Shown: positions 49,076 to 63,675 of the stretch, piece after piece | Layout: each line of letters begins with the position of its first letter | Position numbering within the stretch: position 1 is the stretch's first letter | Assembly: GCF_018350175.1 (NCBI RefSeq) | Contig: NC_058368.1 | Coordinates: 164,178,001-164,242,000, forward strand | Length of the DNA stretch: 64,000 bases | From: Felis catus | Taxonomy: Eukaryota | Reading direction: 5' to 3' | The notes under the pieces: generated by a model | Databases searched by the model: none | What the model was told of the DNA's origin: nothing | What the model saw: the letters and a program-made list of their open reading frames with translations, nothing else | Program-made: the position numbers and the translations under genes

Positions 49076-49415
49076 TCCTGACTGTCCGTGGTTTATTATT
49101 ATCTCCTGGATGCTGTGAATCATATAATTGATTACATTCTAAAAATCTTGGGTCCAAATCTGTGTTCCACATCTACTAAGCATGCTGTGTCATCCTGCCA
49201 TTTATTTTTTGTACAGTGATCCATTGCCAGCCATAGTTATTACACTATTAAGAAGCATAGCGTGTGGCAAAACTATAGTTGACTAGACCAAGAGAATACA
49301 GAAAAATGTCATTTAATGTGGTTTTAAAAATTAAACTTAATAAAAATTCTGGAAAATTCAACTTCCAAAATAAACTAGATCATTGAGTTAGAAATCCATT
49401 TTAAATTTATCTATT

Positions 49416-49618
49416 GGCGCGCCTGGGTGGCTCAGTTGGTTAGGTGTCCGACTCTTGGTTTCGACTCAGTTTGTGGGTTTGAGCTCCACCTCAGGCTCCA
49501 TGCTGACAGTGCAGAGCTTGCTTGAGATTCTCTCTCCCTCTCCCGCTCTCTCTGCTCCTCCCCTGCTCATACTTTCTCTCTCCCTCTCTCTCTCAAAATA
49601 AATTAACAACAAAAAAAA
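49416..49618 (+). mobile_element. Can-SINE
   Basis: GGCGCGCCTGGGTGGCTCAG head, (CT)n, A tail. Confidence 0.93.
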
Positions 49619-50599
49619 TCTATCTCACCAAAACCAGAACACTAGTTAAGCAAACACACATACACATGTAAACACACATATACACACATAGGTGACTTTT
49701 CTCTGAGATCGCTGTTGGTTGTTCAAGAATTACCGCTAAAGTGGTGTAATGTGCTAGGGCAGATTCTCTTAGAATTTTTATATTATGCAATGTGCATTAC
49801 ATTGTAAAGTTTTCAAACCACCCCTTACTGACTTGAAAGTTGATGTATCTCACGCTTACATTCTCCTTTGCATTTTTAGCAAGTTTCAGCCAGGTGCTTG
49901 TGTAACTGCTTCACATGTTCAAAAATCACCAAGATCCTGAAGGACATGTATTTCTCCTCTTCTATCCACATCTTAAAAGGATGGGGTTAAATAGATTCCT
50001 TATACCTGCAGCATCCCCTAGACTCATTGAAGTGGTTCAGAAAACTGGGGGAGTAATAATTCCAGTAGACTCTTTTGCTTAAGGGGATTGGGACTAATCT
50101 GTGTGGAAATGCATGTGTACCATTTAAAAATTTTATTCATGTATTACTATTCTGTAGAAAAACAAAAACATGATTGGTAGTGCCATAATTGGTAAGGCAC
50201 TTTACTAACTTCATTCATGATTTCAAATATATTTCACCTAAGTTTTCCTCTTTTTAAAGTTTCTTGTCTTTAAATTTTTATTTTCTTTAATAATATGTAT
50301 TTTTGTAATTTTCATACATCATTTAGCTGACAGTCTCAAACTGTAGCGGTAGCATAGTGGTACATAAAGCCAGAGGATAAATGTAATTATCTCTATGGAA
50401 AGTATGAAAATATTACTCTAATTTTTTGGGACGGGTTCCAAAGCTTTAGCATTAAAATAAACATTTACTATTGTTGTTTTTGTGTACAGGCAGCATTCAC
50501 AGGAATTTAAGTGATAAAGCTCAAAATTTCAAAGGGATATAAGGTTTGGAACAGTCAGCTTTATAATCTGCTCACAGTTTCTGGAGGACTTGCTCACAA

Positions 50600-50900
50600 A
50601 GTGATGTGAGCTTAGTGGCCAAGAGTTCCAAGTGTTACAATCAGACAAATCTAGTTTAAGTTCTGATTGCATTACTAACTAGCTGGGGGGCTCTGGTATT
50701 TACTTAATTTCTGTAAATGTTAGCTTTTACAATATGAGAATATTACTGTATTGTGCATTTACACAATATGAGAGTATTACTGCCTGTAATATGAGAGTAT
50801 TACTATATTGTGCATTTACAAAGATGAACTAAAATATTGTGTGTAAAATACTTAGTATAGCCTGTCATATGGTTGCTTGTATGAATTTATACTTGCTATT
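50600..50900 (+). mobile_element. MIR with an internal local duplication
   Basis: MIR-like 5' and 3' parts flanking repeated AATATGAGA(A/G)TATTACT units. Confidence 0.65.
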
Positions 50901-51283
50901 AGCATTATATGGTAATCATAAGAAAAGATACGTATTCAATATAGTGACCTTCCTAGGGCATCTCATATGTTGGACAGTTATTTTTCTCTTCACTGCCATG
51001 TCTACTTTGTGCCCTTTCTTTCATTACGCCATGCATCTCTACATTATATTTTTGATTTAATAATCTTTTTGCTTTTGTTCCTCCAAGGAAACTGTGGCCT
51101 TCTGGACTACTTGTTCTGGGAGTGGATATGGATGTTAGTATACATTAAGTAGAGAGGTTAATGTAAAATCATTCTAAACCTAAAATTAAAATACTCTTCA
51201 TCACAAACTTTATTAGTATATTTCCATCTTGGCTGAAAACCAAATACTTTGTTAATTTGATAAAGTTATTTATATTGAGTTTT

Positions 51284-51504
51284 TTCTTTTTTTTTTTTTT
51301 TCAACGTTTATTTATTTTTGGGACAGAGAGAGACAGAGCATGAACGGGAGAGGGGCAGAGAGAGAGGGAGACACAGAATCGGAACCAGGCTCCAGGCTCT
51401 GAGCCATCAGCCCAGAGCCTGATGCGGGGCTCAAACTCACAGACCGCGAGAGCGTGACCTGGCTGAAGTCCGACGCTTAACCGACTGCGCCACCCAGGCG
51501 CCCC
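51284..51504 (-). mobile_element. Young SINEC_Fc
   Basis: CpG-rich; perfect 14-bp TSD TTATATTGAGTTTT at 51270-51283 and 51505-51518. Confidence 0.97.
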
Positions 51505-52787
51505 TTATATTGAGTTTTAATCACACAAGTAATGTGTAAGTTTTATCCCTCTATTTCATGGTATACTGTGGACAAAGCAGAACAGTTGTTACCTCTGGAA
51601 AGACAAGTAGAAGGGGTAGATCACTTATGAGATTAAATTCCCATTGTGAGTGAATATAAAAAATAGCAAAAGTTTCAAAGAGATCATGGTCAGTTAGGCA
51701 TTCATTTCCTAATTCACCGTATGGGCAAAGTGCTGATAATATATTATTTAGTTTTCTCAATGAACCTAATTTATTATTTTGAAATTAAATATAAATGAAT
51801 TTGGAGCAAAAATGCTGCTGTTTTAAACTTTTCTCAAATGCTCAAATGCCTATAGATGCAAGTATATTTTCAGTATAAAGATAAATTTCAGAAAGTTTTG
51901 AAGGTTGAGGGCAATCCTTTCTTTCTGACCCCTGAGTTTCTCCCCTATGGTAAGAAATAGCAACATACATAACCTTCTTTTATAGTTAATGGCACTTTAG
52001 CAATTATCTATTCTCTTCTAAGCCCCCAAATCAGGCATAAAATAAAAATAACTTATGTAAAACTTAACACAATAAAAGAAATTACATACAAAGTAGACTT
52101 AACCAAATTAGAAAATATGACCCATCACGCTAAGGACAGTTCTCCTTAGGCAAACATATAGATGGAGATGATTATGTTGATAATTTAGGAATAATGGCCA
52201 TCTCATTGTAGTCTGAGTTACCTTGGTAAATTGAATCGTATCTTTTTAATTTTTTCCCCTCTATAACATAGAGGGTGATGCTAGGGATTGCCTGGGTTTT
52301 TCTCCTTCAACACAGGCTTAATTTTGGAAGTGTTTCGGGGTAGGGAAGAAGAAGGGCCTGTTGGAAACAAAGTCATTTAAAGTCACCACTTAACATATTC
52401 TCCTTGTCAGAGACCATTGGGAAGAGATAGTAAATACTTGCTTCTTTAAACTTTAAGTATTTTAAACATTTTGAGAATTTCCTGTACGTGGAAAGACTTG
52501 GTCCTTCATTCATAGGTGAGCGTGAGATTATTTGAGGAAATGCGTACTTCTTAGATTGGGACTGTCTGATCATGGAATCTCAAAATGCAGTGAATCAACC
52601 ACTACCAGAACATAAGCTAATTTTAGGTAAACTAAACACTTTTTAACTTTAATACCTGAGATTTTAAATTTAAATTTGGGGTAGGGAAATAACAGCTAGC
52701 AAGATAAACCAGAGATTTCATGAGATAACTGGAATAAGTGTGAAATAAAATAGGTAGCGTCTATAGCAAATATCTCCATTCTGTTTC

Positions 52788-53035
52788 TTTTTTTAATGTT
52801 TATTTTATTTTTGGGAGAGAGAGAGAGAGAGAGGGAGAGAGAGAGAGAGAGAACGAGAGAGAACGAGAACTCAAGCCAGGGAGGGGCAGAGAGAGAGGGA
52901 GACATAGAATCCAAAGCAGGCTCCATGCTCTGAGCTGTCAATACAGAGCCTGATGTGGGATTGAACTCACAAACCATGAGATATTGAACTGAGCCTAAGT
53001 CAGATGCTTAACTGACTGAGCCCCCCAGGTGCCCC
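52788..53035 (-). mobile_element. Can-SINE
   Basis: Antisense head, (GA)n, T tail. Confidence 0.94.
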
Positions 53036-53384
53036 TATGTTCCTTTTCATGATACATTGACGCGTCTTACAAGGATATGGCAGAATTATGAAGATATTCT
53101 ACAAATGATTGAAGTTTGGGAAAAACTGCCCTTAAGAAGTAAAAGTTAGGTAAATTATATATTTTTCATTCTCTTTGTATTATTTCAGTGATGGATACTG
53201 AGCGTTTTGTTGCTTTCACCACCAGTGAACAAGGGTGAATGCGTTAGACTAATATCTTCCAATGGAGACACATAAGCCACTTTGTATATACCATCCACTG
53301 ATGCATTTCTTTTGCTTACTGTGCTTTAAGGTAACATAACAGCTGGATTTAAATTGTACATTGTGAGGAAGGCTAATTAGTTTT

Positions 53385-53544
53385 TTTTTAAAGTTTATTT
53401 ATTCATTTTGAGAGAGAAAGAGAGAGAGTGCGAGTGGAGAAGAGGCAGAGAGAGAGGGAATGAGAGTGAACCCCAAGCAGGCTCTGGACTGTCAGCTGAA
53501 ACCAACAGCCGGGCGTTCAACTGACTGAGCCACCCCAGGGCCCC
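53385..53544 (-). mobile_element. Can-SINE with internal deletion
   Basis: TSD AAGGCTAAT(T/C)AGTTTT on both sides; middle of the body missing near 53495. Confidence 0.9.
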
Positions 53545-56379
53545 AAAGGCTAATCAGTTTTAAGTCGGGTTCTTATTCCAGGTTAGAAAATTTGAGTATC
53601 CAGAGAACACATGTTGGGTAAATCTGTTTGCACATTTATGCTTTCACTTGTACATTCAACAAGTATTTATTTTCTATTTTCTCTTTGAGCTAGTCATAAT
53701 ATACTTATTATAATATTCAATTTAAAAATTTGGTTTACTTTTTGTTGATATCAGGTAAAAGAGCCACCCACAGTGGTTTTTTAGGTAAAATTATAGATTT
53801 TATTATTTTTCTCATAAGACTCTAAAGGAGCATTTTGCAAGTATTAGTTCATGCACCATCTTAAGAAGTCTTCTGACTTCTTAAGTACCTTCTAAAATGT
53901 AAGTTCTCTATAGGTGGGGTCAGGGAGTCCACAATTCTAACAAGTTCTTAAGGCATCTATTTGTACTTCAAAGATTGGGAGCCGCTGAAGAAAAGAGTAG
54001 AGACTGAATCTAGCTTTTGTGCAGAATTCTACATATAGATAGATGTCAAAAACACACATTAAATAATTAATAAATATGGTTCTATAAGTGAAGGAATAGC
54101 CGATTACTTTTATTCCTTCATTCTCAACTCCCCTCCTTTCCTTCCCCTCCTTGTTCTTACTTCAACTCTCTCCAATGGCAACCACACATAGGGCCCCAAC
54201 CTAAGACTACTTAGGTTGATTCCTCCAATATTATCTTTACATACTCTTGGAGACCACCCAAGTACAACGTTTCAATTTCATTTCCTTTTCAAAAATGCTT
54301 GAGAAGTGAACAATACACATACAATGCTCTAAATCTAGAAGCTGAAAAATAAAGTGCCTTTGTCACAGAATGCTATAGCTTGAGTAACTGACTGTGCTTT
54401 AAGATACTTTCATTGATTCATTTGATTCACTTTCTGTTGAGCTGATCACAAATTGTCAGAGCAATTGTCAGTTTCAGGATAATGTTATTACTACTTCTAG
54501 CTGTACCTTGGCAAGGAAAAAAAAAAAACTAAAGGGAAAGACAAACACATCTTGTTCTAATGCAGATGAATAGTACTGAAAGAGTCCCATTGTGGCGCTT
54601 CTGGCATTGGTCAACAAAGCTGAAAAGCAATGTGGGACAAACAAGGAAAAACGGGGCAATGTTCCCATAAATTCAAAATTAAGTTCCTTCTTCAATTTCC
54701 GTGAAGCAAACTCCCTGTGGTGAACATCTGGCAGGCCATTAACTTTTGTTACTTTATTTTATTAAAAAATCTTGAGGTGAGAGAAATTTCTCCATTTGGA
54801 GACTTGAGTTAGCATCCAGGCTAAAGTCTGGGCCATCATGTTGTCATTTGCATACTACCCATGATCCAACAGAACATATTGTCTATACCACCTTTACTAA
54901 GTTTTCCACCAAAGGTCGTAGTTCTTTGTCATTTTAAAAAAATCATTAATCCTGAGAGTTATTTTTTTCAATACGTAAATCAGCCGATCAGTGGCCTGTG
55001 TCTGCTGGAGGAAAAGTGACTGCAAGATTCTTCATACTTTATAGCTTCTTGCTTGCATTTTTTTACTGTATTATTTTCTACAGGAGCTTGAACGTCAAAA
55101 TTATTTACATAGAGCTTTTTCAATGATCCATCAGAAGGATGTGAACTGTTGATTGCACCATTTTCTTTATTTGCACAGCTGCTATAACCTTCAATCTAAA
55201 TCATTTTCTTACTGTGTCTTCCTTTTCTCTTTCTCTTTCATGAGCTAACTGTCACTTTCTAAAGTAAACATTTCATGTTCTACCATCAGAAGTATTTGTG
55301 CATGTTAACTTTCAAGCCACTAAGTTGCTTATTAGTGAAGTTATTTTCTGTAAAAAAATTCTGGGTAAATGTTGGAGAAACAAATTTGTTTTTTTTGTTT
55401 AATTTAATGTAATTATGAGCATCCATCTTTATAATGCATTTCTTTGGTTGCATGTATGTATCTATCATATCTCTGTCTGTCCTCTATCTTAATTATTGGA
55501 CATAAGTTTTTTTAACCTAAGCAATTTTAAATTTAAACATTTGTTCAGTTTGGGGAATGATTTTAATTGAATTTTTCTAAAATGACACAGAAATACAGTT
55601 TCTATTTCTTCTAATTACCCTGTCTCTGAACATTCGTACAATAATTACAACAAGCTACTAATCAACCTTGTGTGTTTTGAGAGTAAAAACATTTGAATGG
55701 TCTTTTAGTCTCACAAAGCCTTTTTCGATTATAGGCATGCAATGAAACTTCAGTATTGACTTCTGAAATAATTCTGATGGCTTTCTTTTCAGTTTATAAC
55801 TTTTTTGATGATAATATTTTTAGAGGTAAAAGATTAAGTATAAGTAGCTGAATCTTGAGTTTTGTTTATGAACTCTAGTATAGCTGCATAGTGAGTTACA
55901 TTAAAAGCAACAACAAAAAAATGTTGGTTGTTATATATTTTTCCCAGTGGTCTTAGCTTAACTAAGTATGTACACCTGCCCAATCAGTATACAAAATGCT
56001 GTGTTGTTTGCAAAGTGAATTTTATAGAATTCCTTTGTATTTTGCAGTAGCTCCAAAAGTTGAGTAGGGTAGATATGATTATGGAGATGAGAAGTCAAAC
56101 AGGAAAGATAGGATTTTGCATAGGGAAATCTGAAGTTCAGATTTTTAAGGTATTTTTATAGAAGTTTATATAAAAAGTAAGTGCAAAATTTTTTGATTCC
56201 AAATGTGCTGTTCTTACCTATATAGAGGGGTTTATTATATTTTTGGAGAATTTTTAATGTTATTAAAACTTTTTAAAACATAAATACAAAATAGGTATAA
56301 AAATTCACACAATTTTTGATGTATAATTGAGTCCCATAACTCCTTGAGAGAAATATAGGACCCATGAAGAATTTTATAT

Positions 56380-57080
56380 TTGTATTACTTTTTAATCACA
56401 TGAGTAATACAGAAACACTTTTTAAGTTATTCTGAAACCCAGAAGTATATAGAATTAAAACAGGCAAGCCTACTTTTAAGCTCACAGCAGCAAATTCTAT
56501 TTCCTTCTGTGACGTAACAATGCAATTTCCTTATCTGTATATTAATACTTGATTTTTTCCCCTTCATTTAAAATATGTCTTGGAGTTCTTTTCATATGAT
56601 TTATCTTGTTCTTTTTAATTACCTCAGTGTTTTCCATAGTAGCAATATGATATAATTTTATTTGTAATTCCCTCATCACTGAACAATTTGTTCATATTTT
56701 TGCTATTAATAAACTGTACTCTGGTGAATTTTCTTTCATCTGTCTGTGTACACAAGTGCCTGTTTCTAACATATGTTCCTAGAAAAAGAATAAATGGTTC
56801 ACCATCATTCTCACTTTTGACTTTGATACATCTTGCCACAGTGCCTTTCTCTATCAACAACATATAAGTGATCATTTGTCTCTGCCAGTGCCAAACCAGA
56901 TACAATCTATTAAAAGTATTTTCTACTAATCATTACATTATTATCTTAATTTCCACTTCCTTGATTATTGATAGTGCTGATCAGCTTTTCAACTTTATGT
57001 TTTTCCTGGGTATTGTCTATCCTTATGTTTTGACTATTTTTCTAATGATTTTTTTTTCTTATTGACATGTAGAAGTACTT
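56380..57080 (-). mobile_element. Old L1M 3' fragment
   Basis: Antisense motifs TTTTGCTATTAATAAAC, TTAATTTCCACTTCCTTGATTA, TTTGACTATTTTTCT. Confidence 0.65.
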
Positions 57081-59407
57081 GACATAAATCTAGTGGAAAT
57101 CTAAACATAAAGAAGATAGAAGAGTGAGGTGGGTTCCCAGCCCTGTGTTCTATCATCTGCAAAATATGGACATTAAAGACCCCTTTCTCATAGTAAGGGC
57201 TGAATAGCTGTTAGTTTTATTTTTTTATGAGTATATATCTAAGTGTACAGTGCTCTTTCTCAAGAAGTCTATCAAGACTCCTTATGGAGTACAAGAACAC
57301 AAAATAGGGTAGACAAGTTCCAAAAATGTTAATTATACATATTTCTCTTACCTAAATTTCAGATTCCTAAAGGGAATCTTTTCAAAGGCCTGTAGGCACT
57401 TGTCAAATATTAAGTAGAAACTCACTGTCTAATTCATTTAATCAATACTGATAAATTGAGTTTGCTCAGGCCTCCTCTCCAAATATATATCTCTCTGATT
57501 CATCTAAATTTACTTCTTGTATTGGATATTTTAATCAGATAATTGCTGATAACTACTGAATTATTTGCAGACATAACTAATATACCTATACAATTTATGG
57601 GAATTTATTAACAAATTTCTTAGACTATTTCAGATTACTACTAAGTTTCATGAAGTTCCAGCATTAAGTCTATTTTCAAGGACTCTGTGAGTTTTGAGTT
57701 CAACTTTTTACATGTATGTATAGGTGTAAATATATATACTTGCATATTTTATCAGAGAGGATTATTTAGAGAAATGCGGTAAAATGACCCTAAATCTGAC
57801 CAGAAGACACCCTGTTCTTGAAGAACAAGAATCTGATTCTAATATCCATGCAGACAAGATTCTGACTGATGGTTTTCTTTCATGAAAGAATATATAAGGA
57901 CTTTTCCCTTACAATTTTCTCATTATTGTAATTCCCTAAAACTCCTAATAATCCCTAAGGGCTTCCATACTTTCATCACCTTACTGTACTTTTAATCGTC
58001 CTTGAAGTTGCTTATGCTCTTGCTCTTTCATTAGGAAACTTGCTTTTTATGCACTTGATCTGCTAATTGGAGTTTTACCTTCTGAGGTTCTTGGAGCTGC
58101 TGTTTCTTGCCAGCTGACTCTTTGTGCTCTCAACATGCTTCTTTACACTCACCCTCTACCTTTTCATCTCTCAATTTATATCATCTCTCTCTCCCCTCTT
58201 TTCTTCAGTTACATTGAGCTTGTTTTATTTTGTGTGCACAGACGAAAAATGCCCTCATGACAAGAAATGTCACCACTAATCTTATTTTCCATTTCTAGTG
58301 TGTATTTTATTAAATCTTTTTTCATTTCTTAACCTACATACTGACACAGTGCCAGGCTTATTTCAAGATTTTTAACTCAGTCAACACCAACTGGCATGTG
58401 TTAAACTAGGAGAAAAAAAGAAATCAAACAGAATAAGAATTACCGGAAATCAACTGCACTTTCTGGATGAAGAACCTTGGTAATTGAATTGTTACATAGC
58501 CACTAGGTATAGGGAAAGGAATACAGAATGCCCAAGATAAAACTGAGGAGAATTATTGAGTCTGTTAAATTAGATTTGAATAATTTGCTCCTGTGATAGA
58601 ACCTATTCCTATAGGAAAGCATCACAAGACTGAACCTGAAAAGAAAATTACTGTCAGTCCTAAAGCTCATTGACAACGTGGCGGCATTACCAGATATGTA
58701 GCACATTAAGTAACATAACCGGGTCCCTGGTTATGGCTGACCATCAGCATCAGGAAACAAGCATTGCATATGTATTAGGTTTAGAGTACCTTTATTTCCT
58801 TTTTCTGTATGTGTGAAAAAGAATGGGCACATGGAAGGATTTGAAGTTTTTCTCTTTTTGACATTTTACTGAATAAATTGAGGCTAGCCTGGAATTTTAA
58901 AATCTCTTGAAAATATATTTTCACTGTTTTCATTACAGGCTAACTCTGCACATTTTGGTGTAAGCATTTGTTTAAATAACCTTACACATGTGGGTGTATG
59001 CCATAAGGTGAGGGGAAAAAAGGTAGTGTCAGATAGTATATTTTTGCTCTAGAAAGAACTGTTGATTTCTAATGATGAAAAATGAAATTAAATATTAAAT
59101 ACATTGAGAAATACTGGTTTAAGTTGTATTACAACAGTGTATTGCAATGATTTTTTCCAAAGCTAAAAGTTGTCCCAACATAATTCTAGTGTTTCTGAAA
59201 AAGTTATTTTTACCTTACAACCTTTCAAAATAATCTTCCCTTATATTTGACACTTAGAGAATACCCTCTACTCACTCAGGTGCTTTAAAGCAATCTTTGA
59301 GGGCCAGCCAGATCCCTTCTTGCAGCTGTAAGGATGGGTTTGTTTACTGGTCTTCGATAAGAATAACACCTTTGGGTAAGGTTTTGATGTCTTAGATCCT
59401 AAAAAGG

Positions 59408-59413
<6 letters not shown>

Positions 59414-59456
<43 letters not shown>
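59414..59456. repeat. (GA)n microsatellite
   Basis: Directly visible. Confidence 0.98.
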
Positions 59457-59460
<4 letters not shown>

Positions 59461-62369
59461 AAAGTTGATTTTTCGGTTCTTTTAAATAAAACTTATGAAA
59501 AATGTGGTAACCTATAAAATGAACAGAACAAAGATTTGGGATGAAATTTAAATGTATTCTTACATAATATAGATAGGTGTTTATATGGCTTAGATTAAAA
59601 AAATATTAATCTTTTTTATCAATCTGATGAAGATACATATCTCATCAAAAATAGATTGCTATTTCCATATACTTCAATGTAATTTGACTGCTTCCACATC
59701 AAAACCACAGTTGCCTGATGGGTTTTGCTAATCATGTCTTGTGAAAGAAAATGTATGCTAAGGCCATCCCAATTTCCCTGCATTTATTAAGGATTAGTGA
59801 CTGATTAGTAGATAAATGATATCCATTGGAAAGCCAAGTACACCTTGAACTTATAAACCTATTGTGTTGTTGTTGTTGCTTCTGTTATTTGCAGGGATAG
59901 GCTTGTCATCCAAGATCTGCTCTGTCTGTTCTCATGCTTTGCATGTTTATCAGTATAATAAAGAAAGGCTCCATCCTGAAGTAGCAAGTGATGAGTCAGG
60001 TCCTCAGTTCAGATAGTGTTGCAGATGTAGGTGAAAACCCCTGCTTGTTCAGGGCTCTGGGATCCAGCTCTCCTGTCACTGCCCTCTACTTTCCCAAATG
60101 TTAGAAAAGTACGACTGGAATGACACTCCACATGACTGGTGTACAGGACAACAATGTCAATACAAAGGATAAACTCTGACATATTTTATGAGAGTTGGGA
60201 GAGCAACACTGGCTAAGGAAAAATAACATATATAACTTTTATTATGTACTGAATACTGAGAAAAATAGGACATTTACATTAAATTGCAGGAGTAGATATT
60301 TAGAATGATTTTTAAGTCATTGTTGATGGGAACAAAAAGGTGGTGTCTTAATATATCTTTTTTTTTCATTTTCTCCAAACTATTAAATGTTTCCTATCCC
60401 TTCTCAGATGATATTGCCTCTTAGATGATTAAGATTGAGGATGTCTTCCTTCCAGAAACTCAGATTATGATGTAATATATAAGAGGTTGCAATTTAGAAA
60501 AACCTGCACATTCTCTATCCACTTAGTATGGCCTTTATTGGGTGTGTTGCATTTTATTCCTTAATGTTTAAGGATTAAGATAAAAACTGATTATCTAATG
60601 TAGTTTAGTATTCCCCAATCCACTTCATACTGTTTTCTGTAAACCAAAGTTTGATCTCATGAAAAACTCCAAAGCTAGAAACCATAAAGACAATAAAAGG
60701 ACTAATCAAATTGAATAGTTAATAAATTATATGTTTCTTAATGGGGGAAGCATAAAACCCATATGGAATGATGAGGAGAATAATCATGTGATGGTATATG
60801 CTTTTTGAATGGCTATCTATTTTTTTTTTTATTTCTTTGTCCTAATGAATTTTTTTGCATTCAGACAGCTAAGCCTTTAGTGTCTTTGATTCAAGAAGTG
60901 ATGAGACCATAGAAAGCAGAGCAAATAAAGCCCATTAACTCTTGAGTTCTGATATTCAAATTGCCGATTCAGATTAATAGCCAAGAATAATTGTTCATTT
61001 TTACATCCTACACTCCAAGAAGAAAGCATAATTGGAAGAGAAATAATGTGTTTCACAAAAGATTGAGTGAATAGGTAGATACATAGATGACGGATCCATA
61101 AAGAAGAAGCATTCGGAGCCAGTATTTGCCAGGAATGGGCCTGAGTAGAGCACTGATGCTTCAGGAAAATTTGAGGGCATAGATGACCTCCCCTTCCCTT
61201 TCTGTACAAAGCTCAGATAGCATCAGAACATAGAGAGGCAGTGGCTAGGAGGTATGACTAGTCAGAGAGCTACAGATGGAGCAAAGTTGTTTCATGCACT
61301 CCCATGAAGTTCCCAAATAACAGAATGAACTCATTTGCCTCTGGCCAACTTATATTAACATATTAGTGAAGAGGGGTATCCGAAGAGACTGTGTAGTTGG
61401 GAAAAGGGGTGGTTTAATTTTCCCTATACGTTTTGATATTTGTATACCTGTGCTATGTACAGTGAAGTCCTTGCATGGATGGTTCTGTGCCAACCCTGGC
61501 AGAATGTAAGCCCCTTAAACCTAACAAAACCCTGAGTATAGTTAGGACGAAGTCTAGATTGATTGGAACTATGCTTCTGTCACTGAGTGGAATAGAGATT
61601 ATTAAATAGATTTTGTTGTTTTTGTTAAATTAGATTTAGCAGATGAAGGCTTACCTGTTAAGGGACAAGGCCTTCTTTCCTTGGGACTAAAGTAGATTCC
61701 TTAGCAACATGGTTGTTGGGCTTGACATATTTGGTATTAATTTTAAAGGTAGAAAAATTAAGTGAAACTAAAATTAAAAACAAAACAAAGTAACAAAAAC
61801 CTCTTGCGTATGCTGGCCTGAAGAAGTTATTAGTTACTTGTAATTAAATATTTAATGCTACTTACATGTGATTACTATGATATGGCTAAGGAGAAATGGA
61901 TAAAATAATGTATAATTTTGATGACAAATTATTTACAGTAGCATCTTCTTAGTCTTAGCATTTTAATGGGTTCGACTATCAATTGCATACTAATTATGCT
62001 TCATATTTCTGAATTTTCTCGCTGGTTTATTATGTAGATTTTAATCTCCTATTATGAGGATAGCCATTTTAAAATGGACTGTCTTACTTCCACATCTAAT
62101 TTATTTTCATTCAGCTGAGCTGATGATTGAATAACTTTGAGTTTCATGAGAATACCAGTTAGCTTATTTTAGTTGGAGGCTAAATTTATGGTAACTTATA
62201 GAAACTCAAGGAAATTGACATCATTCAATTACTTGACTCTTCCAACAGCCGCATCTTCTTCATGAGAGAGGATTTGTGTACAATAAGAGCTAAAATACTT
62301 GCAAGTTGACATGGAAATAACATGGATAACAGGTAAATTCATGCAGAAGCCTGAGTTATCTAAAAATGC

Positions 62370-62835
62370 AAATGGAATCGTAATATGTTATTTACCTCTT
62401 AAAACATATTGTGTCTTCTTGTGGCATCAGGAATATAGTGGGGGGAAATACTAACTTTTAACTACAAAGCCTAGTATGATCTGGTCTCTGCCTACATCTC
62501 AAACTTTACCTAATACCTCTTTGTCTTCTTCTGCAACTTTATTGACTTTTTTCAGTTCCTCCAGCATCTCATGCCCTTTCCCGCCTTCGTTTCTTTATAT
62601 GTGTTGCTTCCCATACCTTGAAATTCTTCTTGAACTCTTCAATCTGGCTAACTCTTATCTTTCAAGTCTCATCTTGAAATATAATTTCTTCTGTCACTCT
62701 GGACCCTGGAGTGTCATTCTATCACCCCAGACAGAATTAGGTAATTGTTCCTGAATAGTACTTTCTCATGGCTTTTTCCATCACTTAGCTCGTATCTTGA
62801 CTCATTAACGGCATTCAAAGAATGCTTGTTGACTG
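62370..62835 (+). mobile_element. L2 3' end
   Basis: TGATCTGGTCTCTGCCTAC..CTGGCTAACTCTTATC..CATTCAAAGAATGCTTGTTGACTGA. Confidence 0.7.
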
Positions 62836-63454
62836 AGGGAGCTTTGGATTTCTGAAGTATGTCAGACTATATTTCTTAAGTATCAGTACATCTTTTTGTG
62901 GGAGTAACTGAGAATTTTGCTGTTTTACTACCTCGTCATACTTCACACCCCAGTGACTGTAAGCTTCCATTCCAAATTAGTGTTGAGATGTAAGTTCAAG
63001 AGCTCTTGATCTCCAAATTCATTGTCCCAATCATCAACACTCAAATTCCAAGTCTTTAATATTTTCCCTCTTTCTCCAAGTTCCATCATAAGGGCCAATT
63101 GGGAAGGACAATGTTGGGAAGGAGAAGTTGAGCAGAGGAGCTCAGACATTCCTCTGGAAATTTCCATGTTTATGGCCCTTTGAGATGAGGCAATGGAATG
63201 TGCTCATCTTGGCCATCAGATAAAGAGCCTACTTCCTAATGTTTTATGTCCTGATGTAAATGGGTGAGAAAGTATGAAGACAGATAGGAGTAGATTTCTC
63301 AGTCTGTAAATTTACCTAAAAGCTTGATGGCAAGCATTACATCATGTGGTATTTATATCTATCTTTGGAAAAAGAAGCTGCAATTTTTTTCATCATTTTA
63401 TTTTCCAGTTTAAGTTTCTTCCTCTTTCTTAACTCATTGTGCAGTGAGAGTCTC

Positions 63455-63675
63455 CATGGATCAGTTGGTTAAGCAGCAGTCTGGAAACTCAGGTGCTCTG
63501 TAGCCCATCCCCTGCTGGGTTTTTAATTTGCTGGGTAACCTTGAACATGCCTCTGAATCTCTCTGTGCTTCATTATCAGGATCTGTAAAAGAGTGGAAAA
63601 AAGTATTAAACTTCAGGCATATTTGTGAGGAAAAACTAGTAAATGTGATGGAAAAGCACTGTGAAAATATAAAGT
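63455..63675 (+). mobile_element. MIR
   Basis: GGGTAACCTTGAACA..CTCTCTGTGCTTCA..ATCTGTAAAA..GAAAAGCACTGTGAAA. Confidence 0.75.
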
